A DNA stretch of 64,000 bases, taken from positions 2,304,001-2,368,000 of the forward strand of contig OY970340.1 in the NCBI GenBank assembly GCA_963717465.1. The letters run 5' to 3'. Source of the DNA: Candidatus Bathyarchaeota archaeon. GTDB taxonomy: Archaea; Thermoproteota; Bathyarchaeia; Bathyarchaeales; Bathycorpusculaceae. Made by a program: the position numbers and the translations under genes. Positions 31,123 to 41,530 of the stretch are shown piece by piece. The notes beneath the pieces were generated by a model. That model had not been told where the DNA came from. It saw only the letters and a list, made by a program, of their open reading frames with translations, and did not search any database. Position 1 is the stretch's first letter; each line of letters opens with the position of its first letter.

Positions 31123-31776
31123 TGTTAATAAATATGAGATTAAATCAATTTTTTATAAATTTTCCTGTCGAAATAGGGCTTGAAATTCTTAGTAACTTTT
31201 CAGTTTCTTTTTTACGATACCAAAAAGTCGAAGTCACCTTCATTGCTTTAAATCCCAATTGCTTCAATCTCTTATCTTAACCAGCTTAAGATTCCTTTTA
31301 TATGACTACTAATCGCTTGAAGTAAATTAATACCGTATGGTTTGCTAATTTTTCATTAAAATATCCAACTTCTGCATATTATTTTATCTTATTTCTAAAG
31401 ATTGAATTTTCCTGCGATAACGTAAAATACCTATTTTTTGAATTATTATTTTCTCGCGCATCCTATGACTACTTATGTCCACTTTCTAAATTCCTATTTG
31501 AGATAAAAATTTAATATCGCACATTTGAATAACGGCGCACGTCAATTAAAGTTGATTGCTAAAGAATTTAAGCACCGCTTGCTTTTTCGAATCTCCTAAA
31601 TTTAAAATTGAATAAAAATTTTTTATAATCCAATTCAAGTTTAGTGGTTTTTATGTTAAAAAATACATGTTGAAAAATTTGATAAATTAAATTTTAAACA
31701 AAAAAGAGTCGAAAAAGCGTATAAACAAATATCAAGAGAATAATCGATTCGTTGACTTGCGCAAAGCTTAGCGGAG

Positions 31777-32469
31777 GTGAAAAAATTGATGAGAAAATAT
31801 AAAGTATTAATAGGCTTTGCATTTCTTGTATTTGCAATTGCAATGACACCTTTTGTTTATGCCTTACAAGTATGGGAGGATAACTGTACTGGCAACCAAG
31901 GAACGCTTTGGGATAACGGGTCCGGTTATACATATTCTGGCGGCGAATTACATATAACTAATGCGAATACACTGCTATTATCAGAACCATTTTTTACCAA
32001 TTATAACCATTTTACAGTTTCTGCATGGGTTAGGGCAGACGGTCCATCAGGTAAACCTTGGGATACTGCATACTTATATTCCTTTTATTATGTTCATGTC
32101 TTTGTAATGCCGTTTCCGAGTTCTGAATGGGTCGTTGGCTGCTCTTATGCTTTAATACATACCGATGGTAATGTTGAGTTGACCGGCATTTATCAAGTTT
32201 ATATTGACGGTTTTCCAGGAACACCAACTAAGGACATATATACTGTTTCAACATCGCTTCGTCCTACAGACTTTCATTATATGACAATAGTAGTAGGTGC
32301 TAATGGAAATCGCAATGAGGCACAATTGTGGATTGACGGTGTTTTGTATATAGACAAAACGGATGGTATTTTATCTCCATTAGGCTATATGTACGAAATA
32401 GGTATTTCCCGACAGCCCAATACGGCCGGAGCAGACTTTTCAAACATACTTTATGACGGTTATTCGTAA
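31777..32469 (+). CDS. Secreted protein, possible LamG/concanavalin-like beta-sandwich
   Basis: N-terminal signal peptide; FTVSAWVR...FHYMTIVV...LWIDGV pattern. Confidence 0.6.
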   Translation: MKKLMRKYKVLIGFAFLVFAIAMTPFVYALQVWEDNCTGNQGTLWDNGSGYTYSGGELHITNANTLLLSEPFFTNYNHFTVSAWVRADGPSGKPWDTAYLYSFYYVHVFVMPFPSSEWVVGCSYALIHTDGNVELTGIYQVYIDGFPGTPTKDIYTVSTSLRPTDFHYMTIVVGANGNRNEAQLWIDGVLYIDKTDGILSPLGYMYEIGISRQPNTAGADFSNILYDGYS

Positions 32470-32513
32470 AGTCTCTCTTTTCTATCTTTTTTATCTTTTT
32501 AATTGTAAACATT

Positions 32514-32889
32514 AGAGGTGTGCATAATTTTAAATCTAGTTAACACCTTCTTGACATTATGGAAGCCTGTGAACTCATCAGGCTTTTCATCAACAAAGCG
32601 ATAGTTCCAGCCGAGCCAAAAAGACGAGGAAACCCTGGTTACGGACGGGTTAAAGCATTACGCATCCTAGTCTACTCCCGATTGAAGGGCTTAAACAATG
32701 ACACACGACTGGTTCATCACTTAAACAAGCATCCTTATTAGCTAAAACTCTTGGATTTAACACTCTGCCTGACAGAACCACAATCGGAAGATTGTGGAGA
32801 CACTACCTAAAACTTTTGCAAAACGTGTTCGTCAAGACAGCAGATATCCTTCAGCTCCTATTCCCACAACCATTGCAATCGTGGACTCA
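32514..32889 (+). mobile_element. Truncated, frameshifted IS4/IS5-type DDE transposase remnant
   Basis: KRRGNPGYGRVKALRILVYSRLKGL...LGF.TLPDRTTIGR...AIVDS, then an abrupt end. Putative left end AGAGGTGTGCATAATT. Confidence 0.7.
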
Positions 32890-33015
32890 AAGCGTTAAAT
32901 GCAGATATCCTTTGCTTTGAAGTTGATTTGCTACAAATTTTTCTTAAATAATGCTGCTAACCACAAATCTTATATTTGAATCTAACGCAAAAATAAAAAT
33001 CGGAAGGAATAAATT

Positions 33016-34230
33016 TTGGTTGAAAAACAACAAACAGTCGAAAAAACACCAAAAAAAAGGCTGAATCTTGTATTACTATGCATATCAGCATTCTTCTCTC
33101 AAGCAGCCGGATACATGGTATTCGCTTACTTAGGCCCTCAGGCACAAAACATATTCGGTGCTCCAACAGTTGTAGCTACACTGCTTCCCATGTCTTCTTC
33201 TATTGTAGGACTTATCGGATTAATCCCAGTTGGAATTTACGTTGATAGAAGTGGCAGAAGGAAAGAAGCGATTTTGCTTGGCTATGCTATTCTTACAGTA
33301 TTTAACATTCTGATGGCTCTCATGACTAATTGGCCAGAAATGCTAATCTTCCGAACTATCGGCGCAGGCGCACAAACACTCGTCATGTTCCTGTACACGA
33401 TACTTTTCATCTTCCAACTTCCGGAAAAAAGGGGAATGGCAATTGGATTGTACATGGGGTTATCTACCGTAGGCTCAACGATATTTATGATATTCTCCGG
33501 TGCTATCATACAATCTTACGGATATTATGTTATCACTGGATATCAAATGCTCTTTTGGGTTGCAGCTCTTCTCGGCTTGTTGTCAATTGTCTTTCTAGCT
33601 CCGGTAAGAATACCGGTCGTCAAAGCAAGCAACGTAACAACGAAAAGTTTTACATCAGCTATCGCTATACGAGGTGTATGGTATGCTGGGCTAGTGTGGC
33701 TTGTCAGCGGAATTGGATTTCTCGCATTTGAAACAGGAATCCCCATTATATTGCCAAAAGCTCCTTTTAACGCGAGCTCAATCTTCGTCGGCGTGGTATT
33801 TGCAATCGTCGGCTTAGTATCTATGATCGGAATGTTCATCGGAGGCGGATTGACAGACAAGGCAGGACCAAGAAGGATAATGGCAATATCTGGAATTATC
33901 GGCGCAGCAGTATCACTCCTATTTCTTTTTGCCTCGCCATCATACCTCTTGGTGGCCATAGTATTCTGGGTAGTAATATTTTTCATGGGCTTTGGATTTG
34001 CAGCACCAAATACTTCAGCTACAGCAAGTGTAGGACCTGAGCTAGCTGGAACGGCCGTCAACACTGAAACATTGTTTTTTAGCATAGCTGGAATAGTCGG
34101 TGGAATACTTTCGGGTGTATTGCTAGGGATTGGTTTTTCAACGCTAGCCATTGTAGCAGCAGTCGTCCTATTGGTGTCCGGTTTAATGGCCTTCGGAATA
34201 CCACAAATCAAAAAACAGGAAAAACATTGA
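33016..34230 (+). CDS. MFS transporter (intact copy)
   Basis: GIYVDRSGRRK and GGLTDKAGPRR motifs, about 12 TM segments. Confidence 0.92.
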   Translation: MVEKQQTVEKTPKKRLNLVLLCISAFFSQAAGYMVFAYLGPQAQNIFGAPTVVATLLPMSSSIVGLIGLIPVGIYVDRSGRRKEAILLGYAILTVFNILMALMTNWPEMLIFRTIGAGAQTLVMFLYTILFIFQLPEKRGMAIGLYMGLSTVGSTIFMIFSGAIIQSYGYYVITGYQMLFWVAALLGLLSIVFLAPVRIPVVKASNVTTKSFTSAIAIRGVWYAGLVWLVSGIGFLAFETGIPIILPKAPFNASSIFVGVVFAIVGLVSMIGMFIGGGLTDKAGPRRIMAISGIIGAAVSLLFLFASPSYLLVAIVFWVVIFFMGFGFAAPNTSATASVGPELAGTAVNTETLFFSIAGIVGGILSGVLLGIGFSTLAIVAAVVLLVSGLMAFGIPQIKKQEKH

Positions 34231-34431
34231 TAAAAATTGGAGAACATCTTTTCAAACTGATTTTCTCCTATCCACATTTTTTTTATCAAAATAAACCGTG
34301 ATTATTCTGAGCGTTCTGGTTCCTTTGATAAACCAAAACCAAAGAAATAAACTTACATTAACACTTCCGGCATATTTACGCTACTGAATTTTTTCTCGAA
34401 TCTGGAAACAAGTAGCGCGCTATTTAATGGT

Positions 34432-34767
34432 TTATTCTGTTGTTACAGAATATTTACAGCCTAACGGAGCGAGAACTTCATCTACCTCAGACAGGAGCTT
34501 CTCATATTCTTCTCGGGTTGGCTCTTTGAACCATTCAAAGAAAAAGTCGAATTTACCCAGCGTCCCTTTTTCTTTACTAATAAGGGTGCCACAGCGTTCC
34601 TTTGGCACATAGGGAAAATAAGCAATAGGATTCGAAGCGGTTACGAGAAATATGTCACTTATACAGACCTTAGGGTTATCAATAGCCGCTTCTTCCAATG
34701 CTTTAATTGCTTTAACCAGAGGTGGACCGTATATTTTGATGCAAGTTTTCAAAATCTTCACCAGCAA
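34432..34767 (-). CDS. Hypothetical protein
   Basis: Isolated ORF with globular protein composition (IYGPP, DFFFEW, LGCKYSVTT). Confidence 0.7.
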   Translation of the reverse strand: MLVKILKTCIKIYGPPLVKAIKALEEAAIDNPKVCISDIFLVTASNPIAYFPYVPKERCGTLISKEKGTLGKFDFFFEWFKEPTREEYEKLLSEVDEVLAPLGCKYSVTTE

Positions 34768-34898
34768 AAGGTTAATTTAAAATAGCATTAAGAACATTTA
34801 AGCTTATGCTGTTGCATTAATACGCCCACAAAAGCATTTAAGTTTTAAAAAACAGCTTATTCTTGTTTAGGTAAGATAATCTGCCATCAGGTAATATG

Positions 34899-34960
34899 AT
34901 TGGCGTTGCAGCTCCAGATTTCGTGAAATTGGCGTTGCAGCTCCAGATTTCGTGAAATTG
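34899..34960. repeat. Perfect 29-bp tandem duplication
   Basis: ATTGGCGTTGCAGCTCCAGATTTCGTGAA twice, followed by ATTG. Confidence 0.9.
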
Positions 34961-35113
34961 TTTAACCAAATTTCAATTACCGCGCTTCTTTTTTAAAATC
35001 AACTTTTTGCTTCTAGTGCGACAAAACACTTTAGAAAAAGTTGTCAAGTTAAGAGTGTAGTTGTCAGCTTACTATCACAAAGATTAATCTTGTAATTTTC
35101 ATAAATAACTTCG

Positions 35114-35437
35114 GTGAAAGATATGATTAGTGGTGCTCCTGCTGGAGGAGCAGTTGTTTGGAAACCGAATATTGTTGAATTGTCGGATGAAAATGTCGAG
35201 AAATTATGCAATGCGCTTACTCAAATGATTGTTGACGAAATCGACACAACGGAAACTTGGATGAGAATCCAAAAGAAGGTAACAGAGTTTCTAAGAGAAA
35301 ATTGCAACTGCGGTGGAATGCCAAAGACTTCAGTCAATTTAGAAGCAGCAAACATACTTAGAAATATGGAATGGTCCGTCAAAGTCAAAATGCAGAAAAA
35401 GGCCGGCGCCTGCGAATACACAGCTCCACACATGTAA
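35114..35437 (+). CDS. Hypothetical protein
   Basis: Isolated 107-aa ORF followed by T-rich terminator-like tracts. Confidence 0.65.
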   Translation: MKDMISGAPAGGAVVWKPNIVELSDENVEKLCNALTQMIVDEIDTTETWMRIQKKVTEFLRENCNCGGMPKTSVNLEAANILRNMEWSVKVKMQKKAGACEYTAPHM

Positions 35438-35751
35438 AACCATATTTTTTGAATCATTCTTCTTTTTTAAGAGAAATTTAAAAATTGCTTTCACTTCATA
35501 AAGGCCTTTTTTTCTTTTTTTATGCTTATACTTTTACGAATTTTTTGAACGAGAACAAAAGAGCTTGCAGGGTTTATTGGAACGCGTTTCCATAAAATTT
35601 GGGTTTGGGAAAACATATCGTAAAGAAAATGGCTTTAGAATTCATGAATTAGTCGTTAGTATTTAAAGTTCAGAAGATTTATTTTCTTTCAATCTATACT
35701 CCAACTCTAATTGTATGTTTCAAATTAAAGAAATGTCGCTGGCGAAGCAGG

Positions 35752-36162
35752 TTGAGCAAGAATCATCATGGAAGAACATTTAATGAAATTTTAGTTAATT
35801 CCATAGATGAATCTTTAACAGTTTTAGGAGAAAATGTGAAAACTTCAATATATATTAATTTAGAACAAGCGTTCAAGATCAGTAGACAAACCATCCCCAA
35901 TGATATCGATAGCTTCTTGAATGCACTTGAGCGAATCTTCGGTTCAGGTGCTAAACACCTTGAATTATTAATCATGGAGAATTTGCATGAGAAAATTAGC
36001 CATGAGCGCACAGATGAAGACCCAAAAGGGTTAACTCCAGACTTGACTTTTCGAAAATACGTAGAGTTGGCTAGGCTTTGCTATGAAGATGCGGAAAAGG
36101 GAAAGACAACAGAATTGGAAGTCACATTAAATGATGGACAAAAGAAATATTGCTGCGAATAA
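35752..36162 (+). CDS. Small archaeal signalling-associated helical protein (DUF3227-like)
   Basis: IDESLTVLGENVK.SIY..LE..F.I....IP.....F..ALERIFGSGA..LE pattern; overlaps the kinase start. Confidence 0.65.
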   Translation: MSKNHHGRTFNEILVNSIDESLTVLGENVKTSIYINLEQAFKISRQTIPNDIDSFLNALERIFGSGAKHLELLIMENLHEKISHERTDEDPKGLTPDLTFRKYVELARLCYEDAEKGKTTELEVTLNDGQKKYCCE

Positions 36163-37751
36163 CAAAAAAATCGAGAGGGAACTGAAAGAAGCAGGAGAAC
36201 TCTATCGTGCGTTGTTTCAAGAAGCGCCGTTAGGCGTCTTACTGGTTGATCCAGAAACAACGGCCATTGTTGAGTTCAATGATATAGCCCATAGCCAACT
36301 AGGCTATTCAAGAGAGGAGTTCTCAAAATTAACAATTTCACAGATAGAAGTAGAAGAAACTGGGGAGGAGAATAATTCACATTTTGGCAGAATAATGACG
36401 GATGGAATAGCTGAGTTTGAAACTAAGATGCGCACAAAAAACGGCGAAGTGAGAAATGTCTTAATAACGGTTAAAAAAATTGAATTGTTAGGAAGAGAAT
36501 TTGTACAATGCATAATTCACGACATACCTGAGATAAGGAAAATACAGGATGCACTATTGAAAAGCGAGATAAAACTAAGCCAATTAGTTGACCTTTCCCA
36601 AGAAGGCTTTTGGGTTCTAGATAAAGAGTATAACACGACTTTTGTTAATCCGAGGTTGGTTCAAATTTTTGGTTATTCAGAAAGCGAGATGATGGGGAAA
36701 AGCCTTTTTGAATTCTTAAAGCAGATACACATAGTCCGTGCAAAAGAATTTTCAACAGAAAACGCAAAGGGTATTAATGGTTATTTTGAATGTAAATTTT
36801 CGAGAAAAGATGGATCAATAATTTATACGATAATGACGCTATCTCAGATTAAAGATTCACGAGGACGATATTCAGGAACTCTTGCCTTAGTATCTGATAT
36901 AACAGACCGCAAACTCATGGAGGATCAGCTTGAGAAGTATTCTAAAGGTCTTGAAGACCTAGTGAAGCAAAGAACAACACAATTGGCAGAAACGCAAGCT
37001 CAACTTGTTAAATCTGAAAGACTTGCGGCAATTGGTGAACTAGGCAGGAATGATAGGCCATGATCTTCGCAACCCATTGACGGGAATCAAAGGTGCCATC
37101 TATTACTTAAGCAGAAACGGCGCCACAATACCGGGCAAAGAAAAGCAAGCTATAGAAATGTTTCAAACAATTGACAAATGCATTGGGCACTCCAATAAAA
37201 TCATTTCAGATCTGCTAGATTATTCCAGAGAGATACATTTAGATAGGCAAGAAAGATCACTTCGAAAAGTTTTCGATGAAAGCTTAGCTATGATAAATGT
37301 ACCAAAGAAAATAGAGATTCTAAATTATCTTCCAGAGGAACTCATTTTAAGCATAGATTGTGATAAAATTAAGAGAGTTTTTACGAATCTCATCAAAAAT
37401 GCTGTTGACGCCATGCCAAGTGGAGGCAAATTAACGGTTAGCAGCAAAGTTAACGCTGATAACGCGCAAGTTTCTTTTGCTGACACAGGCACAGGCATTC
37501 CAAAAGAAATACAGCCTAAGCTCTTCTTGCCGCTCTTTACGACTAAGGCTCAGGGCATGGGTTTCGGCTTGGCTTTGTGCAAACGACTTGTTGATGCGCA
37601 TGAGGGCAGAATTGATGTAGAGACTGCGGAAGGCAAAGGAACAACATTCATTATCACGTTACCTTTAAAGCCCAAAACTGAATCTGATGACAAAAATATT
37701 CAGGTAAATCTGCCAGACCCATTAATTTTAGAGTATAGCGGAAAAGGCTAA
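36131..37751 (+). CDS. Cytoplasmic PAS-PAS sensor histidine kinase, 1-nt frameshift at ~37043
   Basis: Two PAS domains, ERLAAIGEL-(A)GMIGHDLRNPL H-box, NLIKNA, DTGTGI, GMGFGL. CTAGGCAGGA carries one extra G. Confidence 0.92.
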
Positions 37752-37878
37752 ATCAACTCATTCAAGTACAGCTGTTTGCAAAAAAGGAACATGCTTGTCT
37801 TAAATATAGCAAGTTGTAACTTGACAGATAGGGGAAGGATTGTTTTCGTTAACAATAATCAGAAAGAAATTTGCTTTT

Positions 37879-38097
37879 TCACGGCTCATAAATAATTAGC
37901 GAAGAATCTTCTTTCTGGGCAGCCAAAGCATTCTCTTTAACTATTTTTTCAATGCAAGAATAGATATTGCTATCATTATTAATTTTTATTTGCCAATCGT
38001 GTGGACGATTGCCTGCATTTGACAAGAGCGTAATAGATTTGCAATAACCTGCGTTCAAAATTTGGCGTATTACTTCTAAAGCTTGCTCTCTTCGCAT
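37879..38097 (-). CDS. Small hypothetical protein (paralog of 58902-59201)
   Basis: MRREQALEVIRQI...WQIKI...IEKIVKENAL...LIIYEP. Confidence 0.7.
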   Translation of the reverse strand: MRREQALEVIRQILNAGYCKSITLLSNAGNRPHDWQIKINNDSNIYSCIEKIVKENALAAQKEDSSLIIYEP

Positions 38098-38702
38098 GGT
38101 TTTTTACCTATTAACTTACTCATTTATCCTTAAGATCAAATATTACGGAAGTGCAAATGCGTCTGACTTACCAAGCGGTTAAGTTAACGGTTTAGCGATA
38201 GCAGGTGTTTCTTTATCGGTACCTGGTCACTACTTCATTAACACGAAAACGTTGCAGGGTTGTTCGTGCAGCATGTGAAACAAGAGATAATCAAATAATC
38301 ATTCTGAACGTATCATAAACAAAGGTTCAGACGTTTGCTTCCTCATAATAGCCTTGACTTGTTCTCGATATACAGACATGCTTTTTTTGGATTTATCATC
38401 AGTTTCTAGAAGGACAAGATGCAACTCATTATACAATGAAAGAGCTTTTACTACCTCTATTTTACTCACTTTATATCCTTCCCCGATTGTTATAGACGCA
38501 CGCTTCTTCGATTAATAATTCGGAACACATGCGTTAAATTGAGTAAACAACTATGATAATATAAGCCTTCTTTTTTCCAGCACTTACACAGACCTTTAGC
38601 AAGAGAGAGGAGAACTAAAAAATCAATCAATCCAACCAAAATTTCAATTTAATTCTTGGATAAATCAAGGCTAAGTTTAACGTTATAATGGGGAACGCTG
38701 GC

Positions 38703-39848
38703 TTAAAAAATCTTATTTAACGAGGGTATTCTGCGGAAGACAAAATGCGCTGTTGCAAAGCACAGAGGAATGCAAATGACACAGAGCATTAACCATTGAA
38801 CAATTGGGTATAAAGCAAACGGGCTAAGCAGCATGGCGACTCCGACGATGATCAGTGTATGAGACATGTAAACGGCAAACGAGTTAGCAGAGAGCGTTTT
38901 AACTAATTTGTTTTGGCGGTTGAATTTCTCTCTGAAGACGCCGATCAGTCCAATGCTCATGGCAACTGCTATAAAGGATTCCCATACGGAATACGCGCCA
39001 CTCTGCCAGGTCAGCCCTCCGATAAGGGCAACTGTAGTTCCGTTTGCATTAGTTACACTTAACAGCAATAACCAAGTAAGGAAGCCCAAAGCTATGGCAC
39101 TGATAAGCCATCTTTTTCCTGTTTGATAGCTAATCTTTGCGAATAGGTTATTTCGGTAAGCCATTATGCCTATGATGAAAAGGACAATGTATGATGCAAA
39201 ATAGCAGAATTGAAAGTTAAGGATGCTCGTTCCAATCGGTTGCACAAGCCTGATTGAAAAAGCCAAGACGGCAATAATTAGGATAAGACTGATCAACTTA
39301 AGAGATGTTGGCTCGAACTTTATTTTGCGCGACGAAAGAGAAGCAACTATTGATTTAGGGATAATTAGACGCACTAACCCATAAATCGTGCAAAAGGCAA
39401 AAAGCGCTACTGCAAACCACATTTGTCCAGTGCTTGAAAGAAAGCTTATAACGCTAAAGCTAGTCCAGTTGTAGCCGAGCTCTACAAACTCAATAAGAGT
39501 CAACGCCACCATGAAGATCAGTGTTGGAATTATCAAGCGTTTGAATCTGTCCCCGATAAAATGAACAAAACCTTTTCGGTCATAGCTTGCTGCGACGAAA
39601 TAGCCGGATATCATGAACAATAATCCCATGAAGTATGCTTGCTGGAATGATAGGTATAATGGGAACCAAATGTTGGCTAACGCGCTGAAATTCACGCTTC
39701 CGATGAAGTATTGACTGCCGAAACCGCTGATAAGTGCTGCTAGATGATGCATGATAACAAATATAATTATTGTCAGTTTTAGATTATCAATGTAAAGTAG
39801 TCTTCCCTTTGTGTTCTGCACTTCATTATGGATTAAGGTCGATGCCAA
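38703..39848 (-). CDS. Acyltransferase family 3 (OpgC/MdoC-like) membrane protein
   Basis: RLLYIDNLK..VIMHH, YFMGLLFMISGYF, DRFKRLIIP, MWF and SFAVYMSH motifs. Confidence 0.9.
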   Translation of the reverse strand: MASTLIHNEVQNTKGRLLYIDNLKLTIIIFVIMHHLAALISGFGSQYFIGSVNFSALANIWFPLYLSFQQAYFMGLLFMISGYFVAASYDRKGFVHFIGDRFKRLIIPTLIFMVALTLIEFVELGYNWTSFSVISFLSSTGQMWFAVALFAFCTIYGLVRLIIPKSIVASLSSRKIKFEPTSLKLISLILIIAVLAFSIRLVQPIGTSILNFQFCYFASYIVLFIIGIMAYRNNLFAKISYQTGKRWLISAIALGFLTWLLLLSVTNANGTTVALIGGLTWQSGAYSVWESFIAVAMSIGLIGVFREKFNRQNKLVKTLSANSFAVYMSHTLIIVGVAMLLSPFALYPIVQWLMLCVICIPLCFATAHFVFRRIPSLNKIF

Positions 39849-40086
39849 ATTGTGACCTTCTTCGTTCTTTGTGAATGTTGTCTCTTTCTCAAATCGCGCA
39901 TTTTTTTTGCAGTTATATCCTTTAAAAATTTGTATTTAATTCGTTTAATTACTATTTGTGCGTCATTGAATTTACAAAAACTAAAATAGTTATCGGCGTA
40001 TGATATTTGAATTCTTTGGGCATGTAGAAGTCTTCAGAAAATCTGAAGGCGAGTTGCAGCTAAAATTAACACACTATTTTAAAGTT

Positions 40087-40795
40087 TTAAAGTGCAGCAA
40101 TTAGGACAGCAAGTACGCCGCTTAGGAAAACGCCGTCAAAAGTGCCTGCTCCGCCTATACTTGCCATTGGTGCGCCAAGTTGAGAAATTCTGCCAAGGTT
40201 TAACAAGTCAGCACCAATCAGTGTTCCAAGAACCCCTGAAATGTATGCCACTGTTACGGGTGAACTTGGAGAGAGCAAAAAAGCCATGATGGCTGCGGCT
40301 ATTGGCGGGATGAATGCTGGCATAACTATGCCCACACCCTTTACAGGTCTGGCCAGCAGGCGACTTATTAATGCAACAATAAAGACGCCAATAAGACTGA
40401 AAAGTATTATCGGAATCGGAGATTTTAAAAGGAGATAAATTGATACGGCTACCGGTATTAAGGCGCCGCCAACATTTATTGCTATTACTGTTGATGGGCG
40501 ACTGTATTCGACACGAGGAATTCGATATGTTATGCCGAAGAAGGAAACAAATTCTTCTTTTACCATTGGCACATTTTGTTCTCATTTTAAACAATGGAAT
40601 GTTTATAAAGCTACCAAGCAAGGTGCCAACCAAGATTAAGGCGATCATTAACGGACTAAAGCCAACATCAGAAAATGCAAGGGATAAAACTCCAAAGAAA
40701 ATTAAGCCTATAACAGCAAGTAGAATAACAATTAAAACAGCGAAAAAGGCATAATTGTGCGGACAGTAAATTGGCTTAATATTTGAATCGCTCAT
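40087..40795 (-). CDS. DUF1614-family membrane protein, 1-nt frameshift at ~40573
   Basis: LLGSFINIP, IAINVGGALIP, GTLIGADLLNL and SIGGAGTFDGVFL; two ORFs joined by one indel. Confidence 0.85.
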
Positions 40796-40972
40796 ATCGG
40801 GTTCATTGACCGTCAATATTACACTAAACTTTATTTGCATTTCTTTTTAAAAAAACAATTTATGCAAATTCATTCAAGACTAATGAAAAAAATGGATTCA
40901 TGTGGCTGTATTTTCTTGGTTGGGAATGTCGTTCGCTTTTTTTGTTTAAGGAATCCATCATCCTATATCTGA

Positions 40973-41179
40973 TCAATTTAGGGCGGTTTTAAACGGAGAA
41001 TTGTCTGTTGTTTTTCCGCTGTTTCCTTTCTTGAATTCATTGTTTCTAGCGGCTAGGCTTAAAGCTATGCAAACATTTGATAACGCTATGCCGATGGCAA
41101 AGACAACGTTGAATGCGGTAGCGGAAGGGACTTCTGTGACAACAAAGGCTTTTCCATTTGCGTACTCTAAGGTCTGCAT
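40973..41179 (-). CDS. Small hypothetical protein with one hydrophobic segment
   Basis: CAGGTG SD-like motif; starts 12 nt after the Zn-finger ORF. Confidence 0.35.
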   Translation of the reverse strand: MQTLEYANGKAFVVTEVPSATAFNVVFAIGIALSNVCIALSLAARNNEFKKGNSGKTTDNSPFKTALN

Positions 41180-41191
41180 ACACCTGAAGAA

Positions 41192-41365
41192 TTAGCTGAA
41201 GGTTCTGCCACACATTGGGCATTCAGTAGGCAATTTATTTTGCATGCTCATCAGCCTTACGTGGCATAGAAAACAAAAGTAAATATTGCATTTAGGACAG
41301 CAGCTAAACCCTCCCCCGAGGGGTTTACCGCAAGCATCACAGGGACGAGCTAAAAGGTCAACCAT
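41192..41365 (-). CDS. 57-aa C4C4 RING-like zinc-finger microprotein
   Basis: Below the ORF-track cut-off. MVDLLARPCDACGKPLGGGFSCCPKCNIYFCFLCHVRLMSMQNKLPTECPMCGRTFS* has four CxxC pairs. Confidence 0.75.
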   Translation of the reverse strand: MVDLLARPCDACGKPLGGGFSCCPKCNIYFCFLCHVRLMSMQNKLPTECPMCGRTFS

Positions 41366-41530
41366 AACCAAGAAAATCGCTGTGATAATTTAAGAAGAAT
41401 GAGCTGAAACTAATCTTGGAAGCCTTGGAGACTACTGTGAAAATGTTTGACTATGTTTTCGAAGCCAAATTTAGACACAGAGATGGCCAACTATGTCCCA
41501 AAAAAATAATTCTTTCTTGAAATGGCTTTT

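Noticed and set aside
33543..34289. 248-aa minus-strand ORF
   Set aside because: Antisense shadow of the hydrophobic MFS gene with no recognisable motifs. The same applies to most short overlapping ORFs in the track.
34899..34960. 29-bp repeat as a mini-CRISPR
   Set aside because: Two adjacent copies with no spacer and no cas genes; a simple tandem duplication.
38299..38469. 56-aa minus-strand ORF (MSKIEVVKALSLY...)
   Set aside because: Plausible but has no motif or paralog support; left uncalled.
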